A stretch of 64,000 bases of DNA from Hemiscyllium ocellatum (Eukaryota), in the NCBI RefSeq assembly GCF_020745735.1, contig NC_083425.1, positions 19,021,575-19,085,574 on the forward strand, read 5' to 3'. The position numbers and the translations under genes are program-made. The notes beneath the pieces were generated by a model that had not been told where the DNA came from, ran no database searches, and worked only from the letters and a program-made list of their open reading frames with translations. Every line of letters starts with the position of its first letter. The stretch's first letter is position 1. This document shows, piece by piece, positions 1 to 12,000 of the stretch.

Positions 1-1394
1 CAGTCAGAACAAAGTGTATCAGAATAGGGATCATTAAAAATATAAATCAATTAATAACTTTGGCAGACAATTCTCAAACATTCTGCAAATCATTGTGTAT
101 CTTACTTATGTCACTTGGTTTTGTGCTTCTCATTGTTGTCTCTCCTCTTCTTTGGTAATTACCCCTGGAACTTTCATTTAATCCATTACTTTGTATTACA
201 ACTCATCTATTCAAGTTATCTTATATGTACATATTGTATTTAGTATTGGCTCTAAGCAAAACATGGCAAAAAAGGCCTATCTAATGGACTGGTGAGTGCA
301 CCTGATGAGTAACTTAGCTGCATTTACATCGTGATGATTCCCATTTTCATTTTAATATCCGGGATGTGTTGAGTTTCTTGATCTCAACGGGGTGGCAATT
401 TGGGCACTACAACAGGCATCAGTCCCCCAATAAAAGGAAGAATTTATAAAAGTGATTCTTATCCAGTGATCTGTAATGTGCATGCGTCTGAAAGTCACCT
501 AAGAATAAAATATGGGCTTCATGTTCTCTATAGTTGAGCAGTTTCCTAGCACACTCTGTTAGGATTCACAAGTGAGGAATGATTGTAAGCATCTGCCCAG
601 AATGGGAAAAGATTATTGCAGTGAGACCATGTCTGTATACAATCAGTTCACGTTGTCCTCCTGCTAAAAAATTGTTATGATTTGTGTCTGTATTGCACCT
701 TATGAACAGAAGAAACACAAAAGTTTATATCCCATTGTTTCTCTTTCCCCACTGAAATTTCAACTATAAGAGAGAAGCTGACAGTAAATACTGCACAACC
801 TTTGGGCGCTTTGTGAGCAGCAGATAAATAACATTTCTGATTTCAGATGTATGTAAACTATGCAGTCAGTTTGTCATTGTCAAGTCATTTATTTGCAATC
901 AGATAAATCGAACTTCCGTGAACTTCATCTGGAGTTCAGTGATAATTTCTAGTTTCTAATTAAATAGCCAGAAAAAGGTTTGTCAGTTGATCTACCAAAT
1001 AGATATCATCCTTTGAAGCTAAAGTCAGTGATTAAGGCAGTTTATTTTACAGTTTGAGCCCTATCAAATCTCAGGAAATTAATGCTTAGCGAATAAACAT
1101 TTGCCTATAGCACCCATTATAGAGCATTACAGTGCTCTTTCATAAGTGTGAAAGAACATGAGACACAAACGCCACAGGCCTGATTGTGTTTTGAATGGAT
1201 TTAAGCTAATAACATAGTCTGATCTTCTCTGGCTATATATTTTAGTGTCTAACAACAGGCACAGAGGTTGTGCTGTTTAAATGAATTGGAACTTGCACTT
1301 ACAAACCATAGTTTATTTTTAGGAGTGATGTTAGAGCAAATCCTTTTCAACCAATGCACAACTGGTTCATGTCCAGAGAAAGAAAATCTTGAGC

Positions 1395-1515
1395 TTTAAT
1401 GTAGAGTATTTCTTGATCTTAGAATGTTCCTGAGCATTTTACAGCCAATGAAATATAGAGCAATGATATTGTTGTAATGCAGGAAATACATCAGCTCATG
1501 TAAACACAACAAGTC
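1395..1515 (-). mobile_element. Deu-domain SINE (SacSINE1/AmnSINE1-like), 3' part, split by a CR1 insertion
   Basis: Reverse complement reads ...TTTCCTGCATTACAACA...TTCATTGGCTGTAAAATGCTC, matching the recalled 3' half of Deu-SINEs. Continues at 2188. Confidence 0.65.
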
Positions 1516-2187
1516 TGGGGAGTGTTGCTGAACAAAGAGACCTTGGGCTGCAGGTTCATCGTTCCTTGAAAGTAGAGTCACAGTTGGATAGAACAATGAA
1601 GAAAGTGTTTAGTATGCTTGCCTTTGTTGGTCAGTACATAGAGTATAGGAGTTGGGAGGTCATATTGCGGATGTACAGGACATTAGTTAGGCCACTTTTG
1701 GAATACTGTGGGCAATTCTGGTCTCCCTCCCGTCAGAAGGATGTTGTGAAACTTGAAAGAGTTCAAAAAAGATTTACAAGGATAATGCTAGGGTTGGAGA
1801 GTTTGAATTATAGGGAGAGGCTGAATATGCTGGGGCTCTTTTCCCTGGAGTGTTGGCAGCTGAGGAATGACCTTGAGGTTTATCAAATTGTTATGAATAG
1901 GGTGAATAGACACATCTTTTCCATTTGGTGAGGGAGTCCAAATCTAGAGGGATATGTTTAAGGAGGAAAGGGAAAGATTTAAAAGGGACATAAGAGGCAA
2001 TTTTTTCACACAAAGTGGAGTTGCGTGACAACACTTAAAAGGCATTTCTTTGGGTATATAAATAGGAAAGGTTTAGAGGGATGTGGGCCAAGTGCTGGTA
2101 ATGGGACTAGATTAGGTTAGGATATCTGGTTGGCATGGACAAGTTGGGCCGATGGGCCTGTTTCTGTACTGTACATGTCTGTGACTA
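1516..2187 (+). mobile_element. CR1-clade LINE (HER1-like) 3' fragment
   Basis: ORF 1566-1931 has YRTLVRPLLEYC..FWSP and LERVQKRFTR, typical of the CR1 ORF2 C-terminus. Ends in the HER1/HE1-type tail GGGCCTGTTTC..CTGTAC..TGACTA. Confidence 0.9.
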
Positions 2188-2400
2188 TAACAGCAAATAT
2201 GATATTGACCAGATAATCTGTTTTCTTGTGTTGTTAAGGGATAATTATTGGCTAGGAGATTGAGAATAACTGCCCTCCTCTTCAAATAGTGTAATGGGAT
2301 CTCCTAAGTCTACCTGAAAGGGCAGACTCAGCCATGGATTCATGCCTCATCCAAAGGATGGCACATCTGACAGTTTAGCTTGATTGTGGTACCACACTCA
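2188..2400 (-). mobile_element. Deu-domain SINE, 5'/central part
   Basis: Reverse complement contains GATCCCATTACACTATTTGAAGA and AACAGATTATCTGGTCA..TGCTGTT, the Deu core. Homologous to 34655-34998. Confidence 0.7.
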
Positions 2401-3841
2401 GCTTGGAGGTTTGTAATTGGACATGGAATGAAGAACAATGCAAACTGTATTAGTGATAAAATTAACAGCATACTTGAAATCGGGGAATCACAGTTCATTT
2501 GCTGTTGTTACAAGGCTTCATGATTTATCTTGTAAATTCCAATGTAGTTTGACATAAGTGATAAGTATTTAAAATATTCACACCATTCCAAATTGAGCTT
2601 TCCACCTTGCGCAAGTCTAAGGGCAAAATGAAACTACTTGTTCACACAGTGAGAAGAAAACCTGGTGTTGAAAGCTTTCTCAAATTTGTTAAAAAATCTT
2701 GCTCTTTACTGTTCCAAGGTCTTACGTAGATCCTTGACTCCTTGTACCAGGAACAGAAACATGGTCCATTCAACAACATACTGCAGAGTGGCATTCTGAA
2801 GTCTGACATTGAATGCAGGGTTCCCACGGGCAAACAATGTTCCGGAAGGGTCAAAATTCCTGGTCTTGATCACTGGCCAGAGATTCAGCATGTAGATATA
2901 AAAACAGGGTTAGCTTTAGCTATGATATCTATCCTGGTCAAATATTTTGACTTCACACACATGAAGACTGAATAGCTACCTCAAAGAAGATGACACTTGT
3001 AAAACCATATTACAGCAAGCTTTAGGGCCTCTGTGTGAGAATGAGATTATGAAAATGAAAGAAAAAGCCACAGTTATATTTAGAAATTACCTCTGCACCT
3101 TCTTGTCCAGGTATGTTTTCATAGCTACCCCTTTTTGCTTGAAATAATTATAATTTTATTCTGACTTGCAACTTCAGTAGATTAAAGCATCGCTCAATAC
3201 ATTCAGAAGCAGCACCGTGACTAATAATCAATTATTGCATTGCTCTACCAAAAGGTTTCCTTGTACCAAATTTTCTATTTTCCAGCCGTGAAATAAATGT
3301 TTAAAATAGTTAAACTGATTTTTGAGACAATGTGCCTATTTACACACACATTACTTAAGATTCAACTTTACTGTTTCTCTCGCGTCAGATCCACACCCTA
3401 CAACTTCTCAAATCCTACCTTTCCAACTAATCTTTCAGTCGCCTCTCCTAATCTCTCTCTGTGGCTTGGCACCCATTCTGTGTCTGGTTTTATTGAGTTT
3501 TTTTCCCCCTCTACAAAAAATTAAATAAGTTTCATCTGTCAAATGTGTTAAGTAAATACAATTGCTGTATTATAATGTGATGGTAAATGTGTTCCATAGT
3601 CCAAATTCATGGATAGAAATGTGAACAGAAATCTATTTTTGAGGGACTCAGCTGTACAACTGTAAATGTTAATAAAAACTAATTTTGAATAATTCACTGT
3701 AGAATTCTTAATGTCACCTTCAATAAAATTAAAAAGCATTAAGATTAACTTTCAAGTCCTTTTGACATGAGAGAATGAACATAGCAGATCAGCTGGACTA
3801 TAGTGGCTTCCAGCACATAGCGTGACTCATGTAAAATTCAC

Positions 3842-3906
3842 CTGCATCAGCTCCTCACGAAGATCTCCAAGAAATGACTGGGCTTGGAAGGGGAGCGAGC
3901 TGGAAC
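3842..3906 (-). other. Candidate 65-nt internal exon of an unidentified minus-strand transcript
   Basis: ttgtttgctctgcag|GTTCC...GATGCAG|gtgaat. One open frame, xSSSLPFQAQSFLGDLREELMQ, in unique sequence. No homolog recognised. Confidence 0.3.
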
Positions 3907-4699
3907 CTGCAGAGCAAACAATAATCTCTATTGTATCCACCAACAACAGCACCTCCATTCAGTGCAAAGGCACAAAGTCAATCAGTCACTGAGTGTCAGC
4001 ACACAATACAAACCGCAAGCCGCAGGCTAGAGATCAGGCGTAATCACAACTCCAAATCCTCACTGCTCTTTACACGCAATGTGTCAATCACAGCATTGCC
4101 GCTGGAAGTTTAATGGACAACTCAGCCAACCAAACAAAAGCCTAGTGTCATAGACAGCACCAATCAGGATAGCATCAAGGTGGGACTTTTAAATGTACAA
4201 GTAACATGGATTAGCTCCTCAACAGTGGATAATTTATTTTTAACTATTTCAGTGTAATGAGACTGCCACAGATCTGTGTGCACTCTGGAAGATATTTCAT
4301 TAATATACAAACTTACAGAAATTGGAATAAGAGTAATTGCAATATAATAACAGCAACAAATTAGCAGAATTCTAACAATTTCTCTTTTGAATCCAGATCA
4401 ATGTTGTGGTTTATCGCAAGAAACTCAATGCAAAAAAATGACTGTCCTCTTAACCTGAAACCAAATATCACTGTGCTTGTCATGCAAACTTTCCAATTCC
4501 CATTTATTTGCCAGGGGAAGTGTTACCTGTTCCTAATGGTCACATTTAATATTTTTGGAGTGGTATAAAAGCATCTGATGCTAAACAGTTCATCTCTATG
4601 GGATAATTTATTTTTAATTGTAATACTATTTAAGGCTAGATCAAATTCAGTAGTGATAAAATTCCGAACGTGCTGTTGCTTCCAAAACCCATGTTCATC

Positions 4700-4797
4700 T
4701 GTTCTGAAGAAGGGTCACTGATCCCGTAACGTTAACTCTGATTTCTCTCCACAGATACTGCCAGATCGCTGAGATTTTCCAGCAAACTTTGTTTCTG
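4700..4797 (+). mobile_element. PLE terminal fragment with decayed hammerhead motif
   Basis: CTGAAGAAGGGTCACTGATCCCGTAACGTTAAC followed by the CACAGAT.CTGCCAGA..GCTGAG.TTTTCCAGCA tail shared with other PLE ends. Confidence 0.7.
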
Positions 4798-4834
4798 TTC
4801 CATCTTCACCTTCTCACAACTCTGTGGTTTAGTC

Positions 4835-5245
4835 CATAGGACAGAGGATATAGGAGCAGAATTAGGCCATTCAATCCATCATGTCTGTCCTGCCATTTGA
4901 TCACAGCTGATGTTTCTCAACTCCATTCTCCTGCTTTTTCCCATAACCCTTGATCTCCTGACCAATCAAGAACTCATCTATGTCTATCTTAAATGACTTG
5001 GTCTTCGCAGCCATATGTGGCAATATGTTCCACTGATTAACCACCCTTTGCCATTGGGTACTGGTCTCTCTTACTGGCAGAAACATCTTCTCCACATCCA
5101 CTTTATGCAGTTCTCTCAGTATTCTGTATGTTTCATCTGGTTCCTCCTCATCCTTTAAAACTCCATCGAGTACAAACCCAGAGTCCTCAACCACTCTTGA
5201 TATGACAAACTCTTTGTCACTCCAACTCTGAAAATGCAACAAGGT
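4835..5245 (-). mobile_element. CR1 LINE 3' fragment
   Basis: ORF 4901-5317 has ETYRILR, QRVVNQWN, FKIDIDEFL and IKGYG motifs. Similar to 59790-60220. Confidence 0.8.
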
Positions 5246-6149
5246 GCTCCAGGCATTGGGGAACACCTCACCTGATCTCACAGACAAGTCACTCACATTT
5301 CTTGCCATAACCCACATCTTTCAGGCCTCTTTAAGATTTCCTCCTAGTCACCACCCCTAACCTTACGTTTGATGATCCTTTAATTAAGAACTTTGGAACT
5401 TTTTCTCCTTTTCAGGTGCTATACAAATTAAAGAGGCTATCAAACAAAATGTTGTTTGTTTGCAGTACTTTTCAATACAGTTAAAATTTAATCTTTGTAT
5501 CAAATAATGCTGTTGTAATGATGAACATCATGACATAAGCTCTTTAACTTTATAAATGTGTTTGTGTGTCTTTGAAATTGCAATAAATTTTGAAGATGGA
5601 GTATATGAATCTGGAAAATTCTGAAAGTAAACGTCAGGGAACAAGCTGGTGAAAAGACCGAGCAAATATTCAGTCAAAATCCAAATATTGAGAAAAGATA
5701 ATATGCAATATTTGCCAAACACAGCCAGGCTGATCCTACTGATATAATTTGCTAAGGCCTGAAGATGGATATAATTTAACAACATGCAGTAATGTATTTC
5801 TATTTAAAAAATTGCCTGAAATATTTCTTAGGTTTGCTATGACCAGAGGAGGAGATGGAATCAGCTCCCATAGAGATGAACTATTCTCTCAGTCAGTCTC
5901 AGCGAACTTTTTAATTTCATTTTACTATGCTGCTATCAAACTTCAATTACAATCTAGCTCACTAGAAAATGAAGGAACCAATTACATTGAGTGAAATCTT
6001 ATAGGGGCCTGAAAGATGTAGACTACGTGGACTTGTCAAAGAAATTAAATGAGACCTTTTTTGCTGCGTGGAGCAACTTGTTGCATTTTCAAAGAGTTCT
6101 GTGTGTCCAGATGAGATTCTCACTACAGAGCAATGAGATGTTTATTTAT

Positions 6150-7520
6150 AGGTTCTGGATTAGTGGTGCTGGAAGAGCACAGCAGTTCAGGCAGCATCCG
6201 AGGAGCAGTAAAATCGACGTTTTGGACAAAAGCCCTTCATCAGGAATACAGGCAGAGAGCCTGAAGCGTGGAGAAATAAGTGAGAGGTGGGTGGGGGTGG
6301 GGACAAGGTAGCATAGAGTGCAATAGGTGAGTGGGGGAGGGGATGAAAGTGATAGGTCGGGGGGGAGGGTGGAGTCGATAGGTGGAAAAGAAGTTAGGCA
6401 GGTAGGACAAGTCATGGGGAGAATGCTGAGCTAGAAGTTTGGAACTGGAGTGAGGTGGAAGAAGGGGAAATGAGGAAACTGTTGAAGTCCACATTGATGC
6501 CCTGGGGTTGAAGTGTTCCGAGGCGGAAGATGAGGCGTTCTTCCTCCAGACGTCTGGTGGTGAGGGAGCAGCGGTGAAGGAGGCCCAGGACCTCCATGTC
6601 CTCGGCAGAGTGGGAGGGGGAGTTGAAATGTTGGGCCACAGGGCGGGTGATTGGCGTGGGTGTCCCAGAGATGTTCCCTAAAGTGATCTGCTAGGAGGTG
6701 TCCAATCTCCCCAATGTTGAGGAGACCGCATCGGGAGCAATGGATACAATAAATGATATTGGTGGATGTGCAGGTAAAACTTTGATGGATGTGGAAGGCT
6801 CCTTTAGGGCCTTGGATGGAGGTGAGGGAGGAGGTTTGGGCATAGGTTTTGCAATTCCTGCGGTGGCAGAGGAAAGTGCCAGGAAGGGAGGGTAGGTTGT
6901 GGGGGGGTGGGCGGCATGGACCTGACCAGGTAGTCATGGAGGGAACAGTCTTTGCGGAAGGCAGAAAGGGGTGGGGTCTGTTTGGAGGTGGCGGAAATGT
7001 CGGTGGATGATTTGGTTTATGTGAAGGATGGTAGGGTGGAAGGTGAGCACCAGGGGCATTCTGTCCTTGTTACGGTTGGAGGGGTGGGGTCTGAAGGCGA
7101 AGGTGCGGGATGTGGACGAGATGCGTTGGAGGGCATCTTTTACCATGTGGGAAGGGAAATTGCGGTCTCTAAAATAGGAGACCATCTGGTGTGTTCTCTG
7201 GTGGAACTGGTCCTCCTGGGAGCAGATACGGCAGAGGCAGAGAAATTGGGAATACGGAATGGCAGATTTACAGGAGGTAGGGTGGGAAGAGGTGTAATCC
7301 AGGTAGCTGTGGGAGTCGGTGGGTTTGTAAAAAATGTCGGTGTCAAGTCGGTCATCATTAATGGAGATGGAGAGGTCCAGGAAGGGGAGGGAGGTGTCAG
7401 AGATGGTCCAGGTAAATTTAAGGTCAGGGTGGAATGTGTTGGTGAAGTTGAAGAATTGCTCAACCTCCTCGCGGGAGTCCGAGGTGGCGCCAATGCAGTC
7501 ATCAGTGTAGCGGAGGGAGT
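6150..7520 (-). mobile_element. Penelope-like element (probably Neptune-type): RT C-terminus, GIY-YIG endonuclease and 3' repeat; frameshifted
   Basis: PGTFLCHRRNCKT..FTCTSTNIIYCIHCSRCGLLNIGE..FREH (GIY-YIG with Cys/His linker), PLVLTFHP, and RLEEERLIFRLGTLQPQGIN. Decayed hammerhead at ~6212-6248. Confidence 0.88.
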
Positions 7521-7532
7521 GATGGGGAGTGA

Positions 7533-7771
7533 TGTTCCCTCCATGACTACCTGGTCAGGTCCATGCCGCCCCCCCCCCCCCCCCCCCCCACAACTTACCC
7601 TCCCTTCCTGGCACTTTCCTCTGCCACTGCAGGAATTGCAAAACCTATACCCAAACCTCCTCCCTCACCTCCATCCAAGGCCCTAAAGGAGCCTTCCACA
7701 TCCATCAAAGTTTTACCTGCACATCCACCAATATCATTTATTGTATCCATTGCTCCCGATGCGGTCTCCTC
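7533..7771 (+). repeat. Inverted copy of 6719-6948 within the same PLE
   Basis: Near-identical reverse complement; the main difference is an expanded C tract. Confidence 0.9.
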
Positions 7772-7868
7772 AATTACGGAGGATCAACTGTTCTACATAG
7801 CCAACAATGGGACAGGAATAGCTGGGACCCTAACAGGAACTATTGTTTGTTATCAGCCTTACTCACCT

Positions 7869-7961
7869 GCAAATGTGTTGCTGGTCAAAGCACAGCAGGT
7901 TAGGCAGCATCTCAGGAATAGAGAATTCGACGTTTCGAGCATAAGCCCTTCATCAGGAATG
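7869..7961 (-). mobile_element. Short PLE-terminal insertion with intact minimal hammerhead motif
   Basis: Minus strand ATTC-CTGATGA-A-GGGC TTAT GCTC-GAAAC-GTC-GAAT. Flanked by ACTCACCT at 7861-7868 and 7962-7969. Confidence 0.75.
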
Positions 7962-8611
7962 ACTCACCTCATTAATACGTAACTTCCTGTTCTGCCATCT
8001 ACTGTGAGTAAACTAGAATTCAACAATTTCCAACATGAAAGTCAGAGTTGATACCTGAGAGCCTTGCTCCCCATTTCTCCCTGTGGACTTCCCCAACATC
8101 TCAGGGCACACTCCATGGGCACTGGCCATATGCACACCACATCCACAGAGCCTGGCATCTGACAACCGCCAACCTCTCAGAACTCTCTTAGTACCTCGCT
8201 GATCCACTTGCAGGATGCTTCACCAATTTAGAGCAGCAGTCTGAGGCATCCTGGCAGCTAATATTAAAATGCTGCTGCTAGGACACTGTGTGTGCAGGGA
8301 TACATTCCCAGCTCACAGACTGGACCTGGCTGTATCTCAGAAATGCTCAATTACTCTCTTAGCTCTCATTCACTTAGCACCTACAAGCTCACAGTTGCCT
8401 TGCCTTGCCTCTTAGCACAGTCAGAGAGAAATGGAGCTACCTTACTGGTCAGCAGTCATTAATCAAGGCGATGAACATCTTTCTGTACAGCTCATGCTAT
8501 GTCAATCTCACAGATGCACAATGCACTCAGAGCAGCATATGTAACTAACAAGCTGCAAATGCTGCAATCAAAAAGCCACATATTAAAGTCAAAATGGAAT
8601 AGTCCTCAGTG

Positions 8612-8648
8612 AGTTAACGTTTCAAGTCAGTGACCTTTCGTCAGAACT
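8612..8648 (-). ncRNA. Minimal type I hammerhead ribozyme motif (PLE-derived)
   Basis: AGTT-CTGACGA-A-AGGTC ACT GACTT-GAAAC-GTT-AACT. Stems I and II pair and the core is intact. Confidence 0.65.
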
Positions 8649-10504
8649 TCAGAGAGAATTTTATTATATTTTGTTGAAGATACAAAAAAAATGGAAAATT
8701 GATTGAATCTTATCGTGCTTACTGTATTCCCTTCATTCATATCTTGTGTGCTAAATTTGTTTACATTTGACCTTGTCCCACTGATAGTTTATCAATCCAT
8801 TTCATGCAGCACAAAGAAATTAATCTGGCAATGTGCAATATCATAGCATCTAGTATAGAAAAAAAATTATAGCTTCAACTTTTAATGTGGTGCTTTTTTT
8901 AAAATGTGATATCGGGTAGTTAAGGTACTGTCCAGGATGTGGGAGATATGACATCCAGTTGCAAGATACCCTGTGATGCTGAACTCCAGACTGAACATAA
9001 ATAACAAAGTTTCACAAATCTCCATGTATGCGAGACCAGGAAAGGAGAGATTTGTGACTGAAGGCTTGCTGGAAGAAATGGTTAAACTCGAGGATGTTAA
9101 GCAACAGGAGAGAGGTTGAATTGATTTAGAAAGATGCTCCTGTACTTGTCTACTTTAAGCAGTGACATGCTGAAATCAGGTATATATTAATTGTGCTGAA
9201 AACTCTGGATAGCTGCTTTAGATGGTGGTAGAATTTTGCCCAAAATTCACACAGATATTGCAGAACATCAAATTTCCCTCCAGTCCTTGACTAAGACATT
9301 TTATGACCTGTCAGTTCATTGGAGAGGAACTTTGGTTTCCAATAATTCCCATTAATTCCTTCATGAAATGTAGTTTCACAGGCAGAATCATACTTGCCTC
9401 TTTCTTTCCTTTTATAAACAGTGTCTCATTTTGATAAATTGAGCATTGTTTAAAGCTGTCATATTTTCAATGTATTTCCATTTGTTTAATCATATTTTCT
9501 CACTGATCCATGACCCTCAGTATGCAAAAGCTTTGCCAGAAAACTGATCATTGACACTTCACGGGCAGAGAGCCAATACGTAACAGAGGGCATTCACTGG
9601 GGAGCTGTGGAAAACGTCATTTACTCCATGAGAGAAATATCTCAATAACTGATTAGGTTGTTTTCACAAGTGCATTAAATTCTGTGTTTGAATTCCCTTC
9701 CAATTATTCCCTTTACTCCACTTTGCTTAACTGATTTTAGTTGTTGTAAACTTTTTTTAATTGCTCATGGATTTTATACAAGTCTTGCAAAATCAACTCT
9801 CTCTGCTAAAGAGATTAACAGCTGTCACTTAGAAAATCCAAGTATTGATGATGAACTAAATTAATATGATCAGCTTATACCAATGTGTTCTAGCACAAGG
9901 TACACAATTAAACTTAACTTCTCAGGGTCAGCTTGAACCAAATAAGTGACTCCGTTGCACAATAATGCTAATTGGATGTGATCATCACCTGCCATGTTGA
10001 GACCAAAGTTAAATTACTTGCAGTTTAGAACCATCTATAATTTGAAATGTAAAACTTATAAAATGGGCATGTGGGCAAAATCAATTCCTTATTGGTTTGA
10101 GCATACTTCCTTTCTTGGTGTTCCACCTCACATTTCAATAATAAGTATAAATTTCTGACCTGTTAATCAATGGTTGCATGAAATAAAGTACACTGAATTC
10201 AATACATAGTTTAAAAAGATGGATAGGGGAGGAATATTTGGTCAGAATTTGCTGTGGCAGGGCTTTTGAGCATTTCCCCTTGGATTTGCTCTTGTATAAT
10301 GAACCTTTTACCATTTTCATGTTGCAAGTTGCTGAAAGACAATGATATTGGTGCAGAGAGGATAAATGTCATCTTGATCCTGAGTTATCAGGGCAAGCAA
10401 CTGCGTATCCCCTCAAACGATGAGAATCAAGAATAGTGAAATAAACTGAGGTACAAGACTGAGAAGAAGGTGGAAATGTGAGTGAGTGAAATCAATGCCA
10501 AATA

Positions 10505-11465
10505 GTAGACAACAGACAATAGGTGCAGGAGTAGGCCATTCTGCCCTTCGAGCCTGCACCACCATTCATTATGATCATGGCTGATCATCCCTCAATCACT
10601 ATCCTGTTCCTGCCTTATCCCCATAACCCTTGATTCCACTATCCTTAAGAGCAGAATCCAACTCTTTCTTGAAAGTATCCAGAGACTTGCCCTCCACAGC
10701 CTTCTGGAGCAGAGCATTCCACACACTCACCACTCTGTGGGTGAATAAGTTTCTCCTCAACTCTGTTCTAAATGGCTTACCCCTTATTTTTAAACTGTGT
10801 CCTCTGGTTTGGGACTCACCCATCAGCGGAAATATGCTTCCCGCCTCCAGAGTGTCTAATCCTTTAATAACCTTATACGTCTCAATCAGATCCCCTCTCA
10901 ACCTTCTAAACTCAAGGGTATACAAGTCCAGTCGCTCCAATCTTTCAGCGTAAGATAGCCCCGCCATTCCAGGAATTGACCTTGTGAACCTACGCTACAC
11001 TCCCTGAATAGTCAGAATGTCTTTCCTCAAAATTTGGAGACCAGAACTGCACACAATATTCCAGGTGCAGTCTCACCAGGGCCCAGCTGCAGAAGAACCT
11101 CTTTGCTTCTATACTCAATTCTTCTTATGAAGCATGCTATTAGCTTTCTTCACTGCCTGCTGTACCTGCAGGCTTGCTTTCATTGACTGATGTACAAGAA
11201 CACCTAGATCTCGTTGTATTGCCCCTTTACCTAACTTGACTCCATTTAGGTAGTAATCTGCCTTCCTGTTCTTGCCACCAAAGTGGATAACCACACATTT
11301 ATCCACATTAAACTGCATCTGCCATGCATCTGTCCACTCACCTAGCCTGTCCAGGTCACCCTGTAATCTCCTAACATCCTCCTCACATTTCATCCTGCCA
11401 CTCAGCTTTGTGGCATCAGCAAATCTGTTAATATTACTTTTAATACCATCATCTGTATCATTAAT
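10505..11465 (-). mobile_element. CR1 LINE 3' fragment (distinct subfamily)
   Basis: RFADATKL..LQGDLDRLGEW..WQMQFNVDKC and RLRGDLIETYK..TRGHSLK..RVVSVWNAL. Confidence 0.92.
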
Positions 11466-12000
11466 GTGTGGGAAGCTAATAAGTAAGAAAGAATACTTTA
11501 AGAGAGCAAAACAAAGAAAAACTTTGGATAAATATGACATTTTAATTTTTGCAGGATTAAAATCTGAAGGAATAAGACTCTGTCTGTGTAATATTCCATT
11601 CTCAATTTCAAAAAAGTCAAACTGATATGAATTAACATTTAACACATTAAAGTAGCAATTAAACTTATGTGACTCAAATTTCTGTGGCAAGTTTAATTGC
11701 TGTGTAAACAGTGAACTTCGAATCATTTAATGCATTTCAATGTGAGACAGATAACACTGAGCCATTTCCTTACACCTAATGGGGAAATAACCCAATTTTG
11801 AACTATTGAATGTCCAGCTACAAGCTATGGATCTGCTCCTTGTCTGAGATTGTGACCTATTTGTACAGAACAGTTACTTTGACAGCATATTTTGGTCCAT
11901 TAAATTGTCTATTCCCAGGACTCCAGAGTGCTTTGAAGGTTTGAATTATTGAAATTGTTCTTCTACTTGATACCATATCAAAACTCTTTGCTTACAACAT

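Noticed and set aside
2642-2975. Overlapping 60-77 aa ORFs in unique sequence
   Set aside because: No recognisable domain and no convincing splice sites.
6952-7686. 244-aa plus-strand ORF rich in Gly and Val
   Set aside because: It is antisense to the PLE RT and crosses the inversion junction; a shadow ORF.
11466-11726. N-terminal half of the 203-aa ORF 11115-11726
   Set aside because: AT-rich flank read through into the truncated CR1; not a fusion gene.
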